Of a DNA stretch of 64,000 bases, positions 18,548 through 28,301 are shown piece by piece. Source of the stretch: Candidatus Omnitrophota bacterium (GTDB lineage: Bacteria > Omnitrophota > Gorgyraeia > Gygaellales > Profunditerraquicolaceae); the NCBI GenBank assembly GCA_041650835.1, contig JBAZKL010000004.1:230900-294899 (forward strand), in the 5' to 3' direction. Position 1 is the first letter of the stretch. Each line of letters opens with the position of its first letter. Made by a program: the position numbers and the translations under genes. Under the pieces are notes generated by a model, which searched no databases, was not told the DNA's origin, and saw only the letters and a list, made by a program, of their open reading frames with translations.

Positions 18548-19721
18548 ATTTTTCCTTTAATAACTCTGGTTTCAGATCAATAAATTCCAAACAACGCTCT
18601 TTCGGCGTAAGCAAACGGAAAACTTCTTTAATTGAATTCTTGGTAATATCGCGCCCGCCCAAACCAACCACAAAGCTGCTGATAACTTCCGGCTTTTTCT
18701 TTTTACCAAAGAACACTGCCTTGACCTCTGAAGAAAGCGGCGCGTAGGAGCCTAAAGACAATGCCCGGTCGAGGACTGCGACTTTCGGGACATTCTTTAA
18801 AGCTTCGTAGATCTGCGCGACTGGAAAAGGACGATACGAAGTGATCTTGAGCAACCCGACCTTCTTACCCTTAGCCCTCAATTCATCAACGACTTCTTTG
18901 CCGGTCCCGCAGACTGAGCCCATTGCCACGATCACCCGCTCGGCATCTTTCGTCCGGTATTCCTCAATAAGCCCGTTGTAGGTACGGCCGAAAACTTTTG
19001 AGAATTCAGCGGTGATCTTCGGGATCAAATCCAAAGCCTGCTTCTGGGTCTCCTGGATCGCGTAACGCGCTTCCGTATAATAGTCAGGATCAGCCAACGG
19101 CCCGAGCGTCATCGGATTCTCAACATCTAATTTATACAACGGTTTGTACGGCGGCAGGAATTTATCGACCTGCTCCTGGGTAGGCATATCAACCGTTTCA
19201 ATACCATGCGTCAAGATGAACCCGTCCATACAAACCATAACGGGGAGCATCATTGATTTATCTTCAGCCAGGCGGTACCCGATAAAATGAAGGTCGACCG
19301 CCTCCTGATTATCTTCCGCGTATAACTGTATCCAACCGGCATCACGCAGGGAGATCGAATCCTGCTGATCGTTCCAAATATTGATCGGCGCTGAAATAGC
19401 CCGGTTAGCGCACGTCATTACCAGCGGCAGGCGCATACCGGCAATATTAAAAACCACTTCCGCCATAAGCAATAACCCCTGAGAGCTGGTCGCGGTATAC
19501 GCGCGGACTCCCGTCGCTACTGCCCCCAAGACCACCGACGCCGCTGAATGCTCTGATTCGACGTTGACAAACTGCGTATTGAGTTCGTTGTTTGCCACAA
19601 ATTGAGCCAGTTCTTCAACAATATGCGTCTGAGGCGTGATCGGATAAGCGGAAATAACACCGGGTTTACATAATTTTACTGCCTCTGCAATCGCCATTGA
19701 ACCTTCTAAAAATTCTTTCAT
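18540..19721 (-). CDS. porA: 2-oxoacid:ferredoxin oxidoreductase, alpha subunit.
   Basis: PorA-type N-terminal pyrimidine-binding domain (AYPITPQT...). Confidence 0.85.
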   Translation of the reverse strand: MKEFLEGSMAIAEAVKLCKPGVISAYPITPQTHIVEELAQFVANNELNTQFVNVESEHSAASVVLGAVATGVRAYTATSSQGLLLMAEVVFNIAGMRLPLVMTCANRAISAPINIWNDQQDSISLRDAGWIQLYAEDNQEAVDLHFIGYRLAEDKSMMLPVMVCMDGFILTHGIETVDMPTQEQVDKFLPPYKPLYKLDVENPMTLGPLADPDYYTEARYAIQETQKQALDLIPKITAEFSKVFGRTYNGLIEEYRTKDAERVIVAMGSVCGTGKEVVDELRAKGKKVGLLKITSYRPFPVAQIYEALKNVPKVAVLDRALSLGSYAPLSSEVKAVFFGKKKKPEVISSFVVGLGGRDITKNSIKEVFRLLTPKERCLEFIDLKPELLKEKYE

Positions 19722-19723
19722 AT

Positions 19724-20023
19724 CTAATCCTTTTCTTCCTCTTTTATCATTTCGATATCTTTTTTAGGGCAAATCACCGCGCAGCTTCCGCAACCTTTAC
19801 AGAAAGCAAAATCGCAGCGAAAGGTATTCTTCTCTTCCCCTTCAATACATGCCTCGGGGCAGATCAAAACGCACAGCTTACAGGCAATACAATTCTTCTG
19901 CAGGAACTTCGGGCGGACATCAACCCTCCATGAACCTGTTTTGTTATTCTTACTGGAACCTGGCTTTGATACAAGCGGACCAAACATGTAAATTCTCCTA
20001 TAATTTTGCCTTGATAAACTCAT
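19724..20023 (-). CDS. porD: 2-oxoacid:ferredoxin oxidoreductase, delta subunit (2x[4Fe-4S]).
   Basis: CIACKLCVLICP and CKGCGSCAVICP. Confidence 0.8.
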   Translation of the reverse strand: MSLSRQNYRRIYMFGPLVSKPGSSKNNKTGSWRVDVRPKFLQKNCIACKLCVLICPEACIEGEEKNTFRCDFAFCKGCGSCAVICPKKDIEMIKEEEKD

Positions 20024-20543
20024 AGCCCTGTTTTACGGCTTCTATATTGCCTACCTGGGCTTTACCTGCGAATCTCTTTTTTACCGCTTCAACTAAAGTT
20101 TCCAAGGAGATCTCTCCGGTAGCAGCAGCATAAGCTCCAAGCAAAGCAGTATTACCTAACGGCCTGCCGATCGTTTTCATAGCGATCTCATTGGCGGGAA
20201 CACAATAGACTTTTTGCGTCGCTTTTACCTTAGGAAGTTCAACGCCCTCTTTCGCGTTAACAATAGCAATACCATTATCTTGCAATCCTGAGAAACAGTT
20301 AAAACCGCGCATCAAGGTAGAGTCGACAATAATCACGTAATCAGGTTCATATACCTGGCTGCGCAAGCGCACCGGCTGGGAATCCACACGCACAAAAGCG
20401 TTCATGGGTGCGCCCATACGTGCCGCGCCAAAATGGGGAAAAGCGTAAGGGTAGCTGCCCTGATGAAAATAAGCATACCCTAATAAAGATGCCGTGGTTA
20501 TCGCACCTTGCCCTGCGCGGGCATGAATGCGTATCTCTTTCAT
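19998..20543 (-). CDS. porG: 2-oxoacid:ferredoxin oxidoreductase, gamma subunit.
   Basis: HARAGQGAITTASLL gamma-subunit motif. Confidence 0.85.
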   Translation of the reverse strand: MKEIRIHARAGQGAITTASLLGYAYFHQGSYPYAFPHFGAARMGAPMNAFVRVDSQPVRLRSQVYEPDYVIIVDSTLMRGFNCFSGLQDNGIAIVNAKEGVELPKVKATQKVYCVPANEIAMKTIGRPLGNTALLGAYAAATGEISLETLVEAVKKRFAGKAQVGNIEAVKQGYEFIKAKL

Positions 20544-20582
20544 ATCTAAACTCCTTTTCTCTTGCTGTGAAAACAGATTCTT

Positions 20583-20611
20583 ATGTTATCTCTTTTGACT
20601 ATTCTTGTCAA
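20583..20611 (-). promoter_or_regulatory. Candidate sigma70 promoter for the por operon (TTGACA-17-TAACAT), followed by an AAAAGGAG RBS.
   Basis: -35 and -10 hexamers read on the minus strand with 17-nt spacing. Confidence 0.45.
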
Positions 20612-20619
20612 ATGTTTTT

Positions 20620-20664
20620 TTGCGTTAGAAAAACGCACACCGGCCTATCCTTTAAGACCGGGTG
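20620..20664 (-). terminator. Candidate intrinsic terminator after the zinc-ribbon gene: a GC hairpin (cacccggtc...ggccggtgtg) followed by a T-run.
   Basis: Imperfect inverted repeat followed by gcgtttttct on the minus strand. Confidence 0.35.
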
Positions 20665-20859
20665 TTACCGCAGGAGCTGCCTATCTGCCAGGCTTAATTT
20701 CGTTTTCTTATCCCCGACCACATTAGCGCAACTGGCGCACCGGTACTCATACAAATATCCATCGGGCAAGATCAAGAGTAAGCGCTCCCGTACCGGCATA
20801 GACCTGCCGCAGCGGTCGCAATATAAACAGCTGGCTTGTAAATTCTCGTATTGTTTCAT
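20665..20859 (-). CDS. Small zinc-ribbon protein (CxxC ... CxxC).
   Basis: 64 aa with CLYCDRCG and CASCAN pairs. Confidence 0.5.
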   Translation of the reverse strand: MKQYENLQASCLYCDRCGRSMPVRERLLLILPDGYLYEYRCASCANVVGDKKTKLSLADRQLLR

Positions 20860-20874
20860 ATCCTCGTAAGAAGC

Positions 20875-21171
20875 TTAAGTCAATCCGGGCAGGTTAAAAC
20901 CGGTCACGCTTTTCATTTTCTCGGCAGCGACCACTTGTGATTGTTTAATGGCTTTGGTAAACGCGTCTTTCATTGCCTGCTCTAAAGCCTTCGCCTGTAT
21001 AGCCGCCAGGTCTCCGACTACTTTAATATCGGTGATCTCCTGCGCGCCATTCATGGTGATCTTAATCAAACCATTTGAGCTCTGGACGTCAAAGGTAGTA
21101 TTTTCAAGTTGTTTTTTCATTTCCTGCATCTTCTTCTGCATATCCATTAGTGCTTTCATCTTATCAAACAT
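20875..21171 (-). CDS. ybaB: Nucleoid-associated protein YbaB/EbfC.
   Basis: YbaB family signature and length. Confidence 0.85.
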   Translation of the reverse strand: MFDKMKALMDMQKKMQEMKKQLENTTFDVQSSNGLIKITMNGAQEITDIKVVGDLAAIQAKALEQAMKDAFTKAIKQSQVVAAEKMKSVTGFNLPGLT

Positions 21172-21192
21172 GAGAGAAATCCTTTCTTAATA

Positions 21193-21657
21193 CTATAACC
21201 GCTCTTTTTTAAGGTCGCCTTTCGGGCCTATTTCGGTAACTTCTTCGATCTTTACCTTAAATATCACGAACTTTTCAGGTATCCCTATCTCAAAATTCTC
21301 GTGTTTATGCCCCCGGTAAAGCCCTTCAATGATCCGTTTAGCCGAAAGGCTGATTATCCTTTCGCCTAACTCATGGACGATCTTTTCATGTTGAGGCCCC
21401 TTTTCAATGATCTCAACCGGGCCGTTAACCTGAAAGCCGCTTAAAGAATTAGTATCCACGAAAGAAAGCGACATTTTAGGATTGATCTTAAGGTTTTCCC
21501 AGGTCTTACTCAAGGTATAATCGATCAAATATATGAAATTATTCTCAACTTTTAAAAGGAACTTAGGCGCGGCATTAGGAGTGCCTTTAAAATCACAGGT
21601 CGCCACACTGATAAACTCGCGCTTTTCCAGGAATTCAGTTATTTTCTTGGTGATCAT
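21193..21657 (-). CDS. Pyridoxamine 5'-phosphate oxidase-like FMN-binding protein.
   Basis: PPOX class general-stress-protein fold (FISVATCDFKGTPNAAP). Confidence 0.65.
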   Translation of the reverse strand: MITKKITEFLEKREFISVATCDFKGTPNAAPKFLLKVENNFIYLIDYTLSKTWENLKINPKMSLSFVDTNSLSGFQVNGPVEIIEKGPQHEKIVHELGERIISLSAKRIIEGLYRGHKHENFEIGIPEKFVIFKVKIEEVTEIGPKGDLKKERL

Positions 21658-21704
21658 GGTTTTTCTTCGAATAATAAATAATCTAAAAAGATCAGGATGA
21701 CGGA

Positions 21705-21848
21705 AAAGTTTAAAGGATTAAGACCAAATAACAAAGGAAATTCAAAGGATAAAGGTCCCTGCCTGCCGGCAGGTAGGAAATTTTAAAATTTAACCTTGAA
21801 ACTTAAACCTTCCTTTGTTCTTTAACCTTTAGTCTTTATCATTAACTA
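21705..21848. mobile_element. MITE-like element, copy B, inverted relative to copies A, E and F. Core is ccctgcctgccggcaggtagg.
   Basis: Same terminal inverted repeats (aaataacaaaggaa / ttcctttgttcttta) with the core in reverse-complement orientation. Confidence 0.7.
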
Positions 21849-21888
21849 ACTATTTTTATTTCCAGGCATCCTGAGATCTTATCTTTAA

Positions 21889-22275
21889 CTAAATATCCTT
21901 TATCACGATATCCCTGAACACATTGCCGAAAGCAGCTTCGAAATCGTAAACATCCTTAAAATCGTCGATGGAATCAGTCTCTGTCTTAGCGAGCATCTTA
22001 TTCTCGATCATAGTATAAACGATATTCCCGAAATCCTGGGTCCTGGTCACCCCCCAATGAGAAAACAATGTTTTTGCCATCGGGCCGTATTGTTCAACAA
22101 CGAATTTACGGATCCCTTCGGAAAGCTCTCCCCCGGTAACATGACTGGTTTTCTTAAGGGATTTCTGGGTATAATACAAGGCCTGCATGACAAATTCATA
22201 GGCGTCAGGCTTATAGCGTTTATCTTTTTCGCAAATCTCTTCTATTAACTTATAGAAATCCTTTTTTTCTTCCAT
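21889..22275 (-). CDS. Hypothetical protein.
   Basis: 128-aa ORF with reasonable coding character and no confident family assignment. Confidence 0.55.
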   Translation of the reverse strand: MEEKKDFYKLIEEICEKDKRYKPDAYEFVMQALYYTQKSLKKTSHVTGGELSEGIRKFVVEQYGPMAKTLFSHWGVTRTQDFGNIVYTMIENKMLAKTETDSIDDFKDVYDFEAAFGNVFRDIVIKDI

Positions 22276-22297
22276 AGTAATAATACCTTTTTAACGG

Positions 22298-22939
22298 TTA
22301 AAACCCTAAACTTTCATTAACCAGGATCACCTTCAACCTGTCCGCGGCCACTTCCGATTCAATGATCAACAGCTGAGCGCACATACGCCTGTATTCCGGA
22401 GCAAAGCATTTCACTTCGCGGCAATGACCGTTCTCTAAACAAGCGCTCTTCCAATCCAGGCGTTTACAATTCAGCGGCGTAGCATATTCCCGCGCCCGCG
22501 AGAGCGCGGCAGGCAGATCATCGCTCAGCTTATTGACGCCGCAAACGATGACCACGTTCCTGGCATTGGCGACACCCGCGGTGCGGTTTCCATACGCGCT
22601 CAAAAAAACCAGTTCCCCGGTTCGAGCGATCGCGTTAGCGCTGGCAAGATAATAATCCGCACCCGCCCCCAACCTTCTTAACTCCAAACTTTCCTGCCTG
22701 GAAATACCCGGTTTATTCTGGTTAAAAACCTTCCTGCCCGCGGCTTCTAACATAGCTATAACCCCAAGCTGATCGAGAGTTTGCGAGCCGGAGACTCCGA
22801 CGGATACAGCCTCAGGGACCGACTCCTTGATCATTTCAAGGGCTTCAAACTTATTTTCACAAAAAGATCCGGCGATATTTCTTCGCTTCCATCGCGAGAA
22901 AAGTTCCTCAATTTCCTTATTTATCCCGGGATTTTTCAT
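22298..22939 (-). CDS. LUD-domain (DUF162, LutC/YkgG-like) protein.
   Basis: LutC-like core plus a Cys-rich C-terminus. Confidence 0.65.
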   Translation of the reverse strand: MKNPGINKEIEELFSRWKRRNIAGSFCENKFEALEMIKESVPEAVSVGVSGSQTLDQLGVIAMLEAAGRKVFNQNKPGISRQESLELRRLGAGADYYLASANAIARTGELVFLSAYGNRTAGVANARNVVIVCGVNKLSDDLPAALSRAREYATPLNCKRLDWKSACLENGHCREVKCFAPEYRRMCAQLLIIESEVAADRLKVILVNESLGF

Positions 22940-22967
22940 GAATATGAGTGATCAGGAAATAATCGCC

Positions 22968-23453
22968 CTACAAATACAGTAACGCTTTATATTCATTCTT
23001 GGGAAAAGAATTGGATTTTGATTTAACAACTCCATTCTTATCAAGAAGTATGTACGTAGGTATTCCCATGACATTATAATTACCGGCTAAAGCGGAATTC
23101 TCATCTAAAAGAACGGGAAAGGTAAAATTATTATTCTTAACAAAAGCGCTGACTTTCGCCTGGTTTTCTCCCACATTAATAGGGTACACATCCAATCCCT
23201 GGTCCTTTAACGCGCTATATTCCGCGTTCACGCGCCCTAATTCTTTACGGCAATACGGGCACCATGTTGTCCAGAATAACAACAAGACGGGCTTATCCGC
23301 GTTAGCGCCTATCGATACCATATTGCCATTTAAATCCTTTAGAGACACCCCCGCGGCTTCCGCCCCCTGCCTGGATTGTAACGGCTCAACCGCGAAAATA
23401 ACTCCCTGGATCAACGCTAAAAACAAAAAAATAGAGAAAATCCTTTTCACCAC
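22968..23453 (-). CDS. TlpA/ResA-like periplasmic thiol:disulfide oxidoreductase.
   Basis: Signal peptide and WCPYC thioredoxin motif. Confidence 0.75.
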   Translation of the reverse strand: MVKRIFSIFLFLALIQGVIFAVEPLQSRQGAEAAGVSLKDLNGNMVSIGANADKPVLLLFWTTWCPYCRKELGRVNAEYSALKDQGLDVYPINVGENQAKVSAFVKNNNFTFPVLLDENSALAGNYNVMGIPTYILLDKNGVVKSKSNSFPKNEYKALLYL

Positions 23454-24154
23454 ATCAACCTCCCTGCTTGAATGAGAAAATACTCTCCCACGCCGATTAA
23501 AATAAACCCGCCGAGTTTTTTTATCCTAAGCTCCCAGACCTCAGCCTTTGGAAAACTTAAGAACATGACGCCAAAGGTCCCCGCTAAAACCAACAGCAAC
23601 CCCATGCCATAGGCAAAGACAAGCAATAAAGAAGCGCCGTATAATATATTTTGCCTGCTTGCGACTAAAGCCAATATAGCGCCCAATGCCGGAGCTGTGC
23701 AAGGGCCGGCGATCAAACCTGAAGCTAAACCAAGCAGAAAAACAGCCGGATAACCGCGCCTAATTTTTATTTTATTCTGCAACTGTATGAACGTGAAATC
23801 AAAGGGCACTACGTCCAGAAGCGATAAACCGGCAATAATACAAATATTACCCAGTATAAACGGCGACAGGGGATGCGATGATACGCGGCCGAATAGTTTA
23901 CCGCTTAATGCCGCGAACAAACCGAGGATCGAATACGTAACCGCTATGCCCGAAACATAGACCAGGCTCAATGACAGGCCTTTCCAACGGGAATGCTTTC
24001 CTTTGATCCCGATAAAACCCAAGGTAATGGGGATAAGAGGATAAACACACGGCGAAAAGCTGACAACGACCCCGCCTAAAAAAGCGCTGACATACCCGAT
24101 AGAATCACCTGGTAGACTCATTGATCCACTCCAAATATTCCTTGCTGCCGTCAA
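23447..24154 (-). CDS. ccdA: Cytochrome c-type biogenesis protein CcdA (DsbD transmembrane domain).
   Basis: Polytopic membrane protein with conserved Cys in TM1 and TM4 (SFSPCVYPL...). Confidence 0.8.
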   Translation of the reverse strand: MTAARNIWSGSMSLPGDSIGYVSAFLGGVVVSFSPCVYPLIPITLGFIGIKGKHSRWKGLSLSLVYVSGIAVTYSILGLFAALSGKLFGRVSSHPLSPFILGNICIIAGLSLLDVVPFDFTFIQLQNKIKIRRGYPAVFLLGLASGLIAGPCTAPALGAILALVASRQNILYGASLLLVFAYGMGLLLVLAGTFGVMFLSFPKAEVWELRIKKLGGFILIGVGEYFLIQAGRLMW

Positions 24155-24416
24155 TTATCGGCAGCGCGATAATCTCAGGGACTTCATAACTATGCAATGA
24201 CTTTACTTTTTTAATCAGTTTCTTAATGAGCGCTTTTCTTGTTTTGATTACCAAAAGCGCCTCTGCCGCGCGGTCAATTTTCCCTTGCCACCGGAAAACA
24301 GATCTTACAGAATCGACGATATTAACGCAGGCAACGAGCCGGGATTCAACCAATCCGGAGGCTATTTTTTGCGCTTCTTCTTTATTTGAAGCTGTTACTA
24401 AGGCTACACAATACAT
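24105..24416 (-). CDS. cutA: Divalent-cation tolerance protein CutA.
   Basis: CutA1 fold signature (VALVTASNKEEAQKIA...). Confidence 0.8.
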   Translation of the reverse strand: MYCVALVTASNKEEAQKIASGLVESRLVACVNIVDSVRSVFRWQGKIDRAAEALLVIKTRKALIKKLIKKVKSLHSYEVPEIIALPIIDGSKEYLEWINESTR

Positions 24417-24525
24417 ATAAGTAAAAAGTAAGCTTTATTTATATAATCTTACCATGAATTAAGGCTGTATTCAAGGAGTCTTGATTGATAGCTGACTCAT
24501 AAAACCGGATACACTAAGGTAATTC

Positions 24526-24648
24526 TAAAGTATAAAGTATAAAGAACAAAGGAAGATTAAAGGTTAAAGGTTAAAGGTTAAATTTTAGAATTTAGTCTTT
24601 ATTCTTTGAATTTCCTTTGTTATTTAATCTTTATCCTTTAAACTTTCC
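24526..24648. mobile_element. MITE-like element, copy C; a short variant lacking the GC hairpin core.
   Basis: Shares the ...aagaacaaaggaagattaaaggttaaa / ttctttgaatttcctttgttatttaatcttta termini with the other copies. Confidence 0.6.
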
Positions 24649-24682
24649 CGGTAGCTTTTAACGATCCGTAAGGATCGCCTGG

Positions 24683-25441
24683 TCATTTCAACATAAGGAC
24701 CGCCATCATCCTGCCGCATGATGCGCCTTGGCGGCGGTAAGAAAAATACCGGTCATTGCGGCAGGAGGTACACGTCGCGTTATCAAAGATATTAATATCC
24801 CGAAGCCCCGCGCCCGCAAGCTGCGTGCGGTTTATTCCGGCTAAATCAAGATAATAACGGCTGCCCCTGGAGATGATCTCTTCAGGAAAGAGCTCTTTAA
24901 ATTCAGCACCGACCTCATAACAACACGCCCTGATCGAAGGGCCTAATCCGGCATACAGGTCCCGGGGGCGGGTATTAAATCTTTCTTTCATTGCTTGCAC
25001 TGTTTGAAAGACGATCCTTTCTTTTGTGCCCCGCCATCCGCTATGCACCAGCCCTATCGCGGGCGCGTGAGGATCATATAAGAAGACGACCTGACAATCG
25101 GCGCTGAAAATGGCCAACGGCACGTTCCGGTAATCGGTAATAAGCGCGTCGGTATCCATAACTGAAGTCTGATATGATAACGCGCCGCTTCCCTTATCCC
25201 GGAAGTCAACATACCGTACACAGCCGGCATGCACCTGTTTTGCAGCGACAAGGGACTGATGATCGATACCCAGGCGTATCAGGAACTCGTTACGGTTCAA
25301 ACAGGCGTTTTCCCTGCCTTCGCCATAAACCAAAGACATGTTCCGGTGATAGCGGTTGCTAAAACCGCAAACAAGCTCGCGATTGAGCAGGTCGGAAAAA
25401 AGGTCGTATTCCTCTTCTTGAAGAAATTCGTGTATTGGCAT
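24683..25441 (-). CDS. pgeF: Peptidoglycan editing factor PgeF / YfiH (purine nucleoside phosphorylase, laccase-domain family).
   Basis: HSGWRG and Cys/His signature motifs of DUF152/YfiH. Confidence 0.8.
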   Translation of the reverse strand: MPIHEFLQEEEYDLFSDLLNRELVCGFSNRYHRNMSLVYGEGRENACLNRNEFLIRLGIDHQSLVAAKQVHAGCVRYVDFRDKGSGALSYQTSVMDTDALITDYRNVPLAIFSADCQVVFLYDPHAPAIGLVHSGWRGTKERIVFQTVQAMKERFNTRPRDLYAGLGPSIRACCYEVGAEFKELFPEEIISRGSRYYLDLAGINRTQLAGAGLRDINIFDNATCTSCRNDRYFSYRRQGASCGRMMAVLMLK

Positions 25442-25444
25442 CGC

Positions 25445-25681
25445 TTATACGCAAACCCGGATAACCTTATCCCTGATATTATGGCCGCTAAGGATCTCAA
25501 GCTGATATTTCTTTACGTTCAGGAACTCAGCCAAGAGCTCGACCAACTGCCGGTTCGCCAATCCCCCCTGGGCCGGCTTGGTTAAATAAACTTTTATATA
25601 ATCATTTTCTTTTTTTACCAAATTCCTGCTTGCTTTGGGGATGACACGGACCTTGATAGTCGAAGGAATTGAGATACTCAT
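25445..25681 (-). CDS. DUF167 (YggU) family protein.
   Basis: 78 aa; the position adjacent to yfiH is conserved in many bacteria. Confidence 0.7.
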   Translation of the reverse strand: MSISIPSTIKVRVIPKASRNLVKKENDYIKVYLTKPAQGGLANRQLVELLAEFLNVKKYQLEILSGHNIRDKVIRVCV

Positions 25682-25697
25682 AGGAAAGATACAATAA

Positions 25698-25842
25698 GTT
25701 AATTTTAAAGGCTAAAGTTTAAATAACAAAGGAAGATTAAAGGCCTAAGGTTCCTGCCTACCGGCAGGTAGGAAATTTTAAAATTAAATCTTTATTCTTT
25801 GAATTTCCTTTGTTCTTTAACCTTTAATCTTTAGACTTATCC
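25698..25842. mobile_element. MITE-like element, copy D, in the same orientation as copy B. Core is cctgcctaccggcaggtagg.
   Basis: This core is the exact reverse complement of the copy A and F core. Confidence 0.7.
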
Positions 25843-25851
25843 GTCTTCCAA

Positions 25852-26160
25852 TTATTTCTTCTTTGCCGCAACCCGGTACGCGTCATAAATACTATAAATA
25901 CCGACCACGCAGATCAAAGATAACCCAACGATACAAAGGCTGGCGCCGAGGATCAAGAGTGCCGTCCCTTTAAGCTTGCCCAATAACCACAACCCGGTAA
26001 GCAGGCTTCCGGTAAAGAAAAAGAACATATTGACCGCTGAAATAAAAATAATAAAAAGCCCCTTACCGATCTGGCCGTTATAGATCTGTCCCAAACCGTT
26101 AAAAACAAAAGAAAATACTGCCGCCAGCCCGGGATGAGACGAATTATTTTCCTGCGTCAT
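25852..26160 (-). CDS. Small integral membrane protein.
   Basis: Three predicted TM helices with a GLGQIYNGQ motif. Confidence 0.5.
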   Translation of the reverse strand: MTQENNSSHPGLAAVFSFVFNGLGQIYNGQIGKGLFIIFISAVNMFFFFTGSLLTGLWLLGKLKGTALLILGASLCIVGLSLICVVGIYSIYDAYRVAAKKK

Positions 26161-27139
26161 TTAAGCCCTCCTGCGTTTGCGATTCTATTTGCGGCCTCTG
26201 AGCAGTCGAAGCCAGTTTTTCGGTAAACTTCCCCAACTTCACCTTCGCGTCATTATATTTCGTGGCAGCATTAGAGAGATGGCTTCCCACGAGGTCGAAA
26301 TCGCCCTGGAATTTCTTAAAATCGATCTGGATACTCCCTAATTCAGCCAGTATCTTCTGGATATTGCGCTGGATATTGACACCCCGCAGCCCGTGCAGGA
26401 TAGCCTGCAAATAAGCGTAGAAAGTGTTCGGGGAGACAAAAACCACCTTCCGGGCCTGAGCATAAGCGCATAATTCTTCATCCTGGTTGATCTGGTAATA
26501 AACAGCCTCGGCCGGTATATACATAAGCGCGAAATCAAACGTGGATTCTCCGGGTAAAATATACTTGGAAGCGACCTCTTCGATCCGCTTCTTTACATCC
26601 CGCACGAAAACCCGGTACACCGATTTCTTCTCATCTTCAGAAGGGCTTTCAGAAAACTTCTTAAAATTTTCCAAAGGGAATTTAGCGTCGATAGAGATCA
26701 GGTTTTGCCCGATAACTATCACCGCGTCGGCAATATCGCCGCTTTTAAAGCGGTATTGCAGCTTGATGTTTTCCTTAGGCAGGATATCTTCCAAAAGCCT
26801 CCCCAGCAGCGTCTCGCCGAGCTCACCCCTGAATTTCGGGGCGCGCAGGAGCTCCTGGAGGCTGGCGATATCCTTACTGATCTCATATATCTGCTTATGG
26901 GTCTCCTCCAACCTTCCCAGGCTTTTCTGAACATCGCCGAAAACGCGCGTGGCGGAATCGAGCCGCTCTCCCACCGTCTTATGCGCCTCTTGCAAGGCTT
27001 GAGAAGTCTCTTTAAGGCGTTCATTGACCTGCTGGGTGACCGAATTCAATTGCTGATTCACCTGCCCGGCGATCTTCATAACCAAAGCTATGATCGCCCC
27101 CTTCCCCGCCGCAACGATCACAATGACCAGCCACATCAT
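26144..27139 (-). CDS. rmuC: DNA recombination protein RmuC.
   Basis: N-terminal TM helix, coiled coil and RmuC C-terminal domain. Confidence 0.8.
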   Translation of the reverse strand: MMWLVIVIVAAGKGAIIALVMKIAGQVNQQLNSVTQQVNERLKETSQALQEAHKTVGERLDSATRVFGDVQKSLGRLEETHKQIYEISKDIASLQELLRAPKFRGELGETLLGRLLEDILPKENIKLQYRFKSGDIADAVIVIGQNLISIDAKFPLENFKKFSESPSEDEKKSVYRVFVRDVKKRIEEVASKYILPGESTFDFALMYIPAEAVYYQINQDEELCAYAQARKVVFVSPNTFYAYLQAILHGLRGVNIQRNIQKILAELGSIQIDFKKFQGDFDLVGSHLSNAATKYNDAKVKLGKFTEKLASTAQRPQIESQTQEGLNDAGK

Positions 27140-27160
27140 AATCTAAGCCCTCTACGATTA

Positions 27161-27300
27161 ATGTTAAAGGTTAAAGACTAAATATCAAAGGAATGTTTAA
27201 GTCTAAAGGTTAAATTTTAAAATTACCTGCCTGCCGGTAGGCAGGAATCTTTAAACTTTAAATTTCCTTTATTATTTAATCTTTGATCTTTATACTTTAT
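27161..27300. mobile_element. MITE-like element, copy E. Core is acctgcctgccggtaggcagg.
   Basis: Same family; termini aaatatcaaaggaatg / atttcctttattattta. Confidence 0.7.
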
Positions 27301-27319
27301 TTATTATATCACTCTTTTG

Positions 27320-28039
27320 CTAAAGCAAATAATCCTCTTTTATCCTTTTGACACTGCGAAAGATATTCGTTTTCACATCAGGGCAGATCTTTCTCAAATC
27401 TTCAATAAGGGCGCCCATTTTGGCCCGGTTAGAAGTTACAGAACGAGGGCATACACAGGTTTCATGAGGGATCTTCTCTTCTTTGGCAAAGCGTTTGATC
27501 ATCTTTTCCTCTACATACGCAAGAGGACGGATAAGCGTGACCTTGCCGCCGAAAAGCTTTTGTTTGGCAGCCATGGCGGAAATTTCACCCTGAAAGAACA
27601 GGTTCAATAAAATAGTCTCAATAATATCGTCTTTATGATGCCCCAGGGCGACTTTCGTGCAGCCAAAACGCCCGGCCACTTCAAAGAGCGCTTTGCGCCG
27701 GTTCCAGGAACACCAAAAACAATTGATATCTTTCCGCTTGGTCTTCCTTAAAACATCGACCTTCTCAATATGGTAGGGGATCTTTTCTTTTTTAAATAAC
27801 CGCTCCAATTTCTTGGCGCAGGAGCGCGGGTAGCCCATATCGACATGCACCGCCAGGACCTCATATTTGACCGGCACAAATTTCCTGCGGTCGTTTAAAA
27901 CACGCAGCAATGCCAAGCTATCCTTGCCGCCGGAGACCGCCACGGCGATCTTATCGCCTGCGGTGAGCATTTTATAATCCATGATCGCCCTGCCGACCCG
28001 CTTTGAAATATAGTATTCGGTTCCCTGGAGTACTGCCAT
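27320..28039 (-). CDS. ttcA: tRNA 2-thiocytidine(32) synthetase TtcA (PP-loop ATPase).
   Basis: SGGKDS PP-loop and CxxC pairs. Confidence 0.8.
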   Translation of the reverse strand: MAVLQGTEYYISKRVGRAIMDYKMLTAGDKIAVAVSGGKDSLALLRVLNDRRKFVPVKYEVLAVHVDMGYPRSCAKKLERLFKKEKIPYHIEKVDVLRKTKRKDINCFWCSWNRRKALFEVAGRFGCTKVALGHHKDDIIETILLNLFFQGEISAMAAKQKLFGGKVTLIRPLAYVEEKMIKRFAKEEKIPHETCVCPRSVTSNRAKMGALIEDLRKICPDVKTNIFRSVKRIKEDYLL

Positions 28040-28077
28040 ATACCGCCTCGTTTGATATAAAGCTTAAAAAATGCGGA

Positions 28078-28218
28078 AAAGTTTAAAGATTAAATTTTAA
28101 ATAACAAAGGAAACTCAAAGAATAAAGGTTAAATTTTAAAATTTCCTACCTGCCGGTAGGCAGGAACCTTAAGCCTTTAATCTTCCTTTGTTATTTAGAC
28201 TTTAAACTTTATCATTAA
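28078..28218. mobile_element. MITE-like element, copy F. Core is cctacctgccggtaggcagg.
   Basis: Closest relative of copy A. Confidence 0.7.
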
Positions 28219-28301
28219 CCGTAGTTAATTATGAGCTTTTGTTATATATTAATACGCAATTACACGTTTTCTTCTAGATTATCATTCTTTTATTATTAAG
28301 G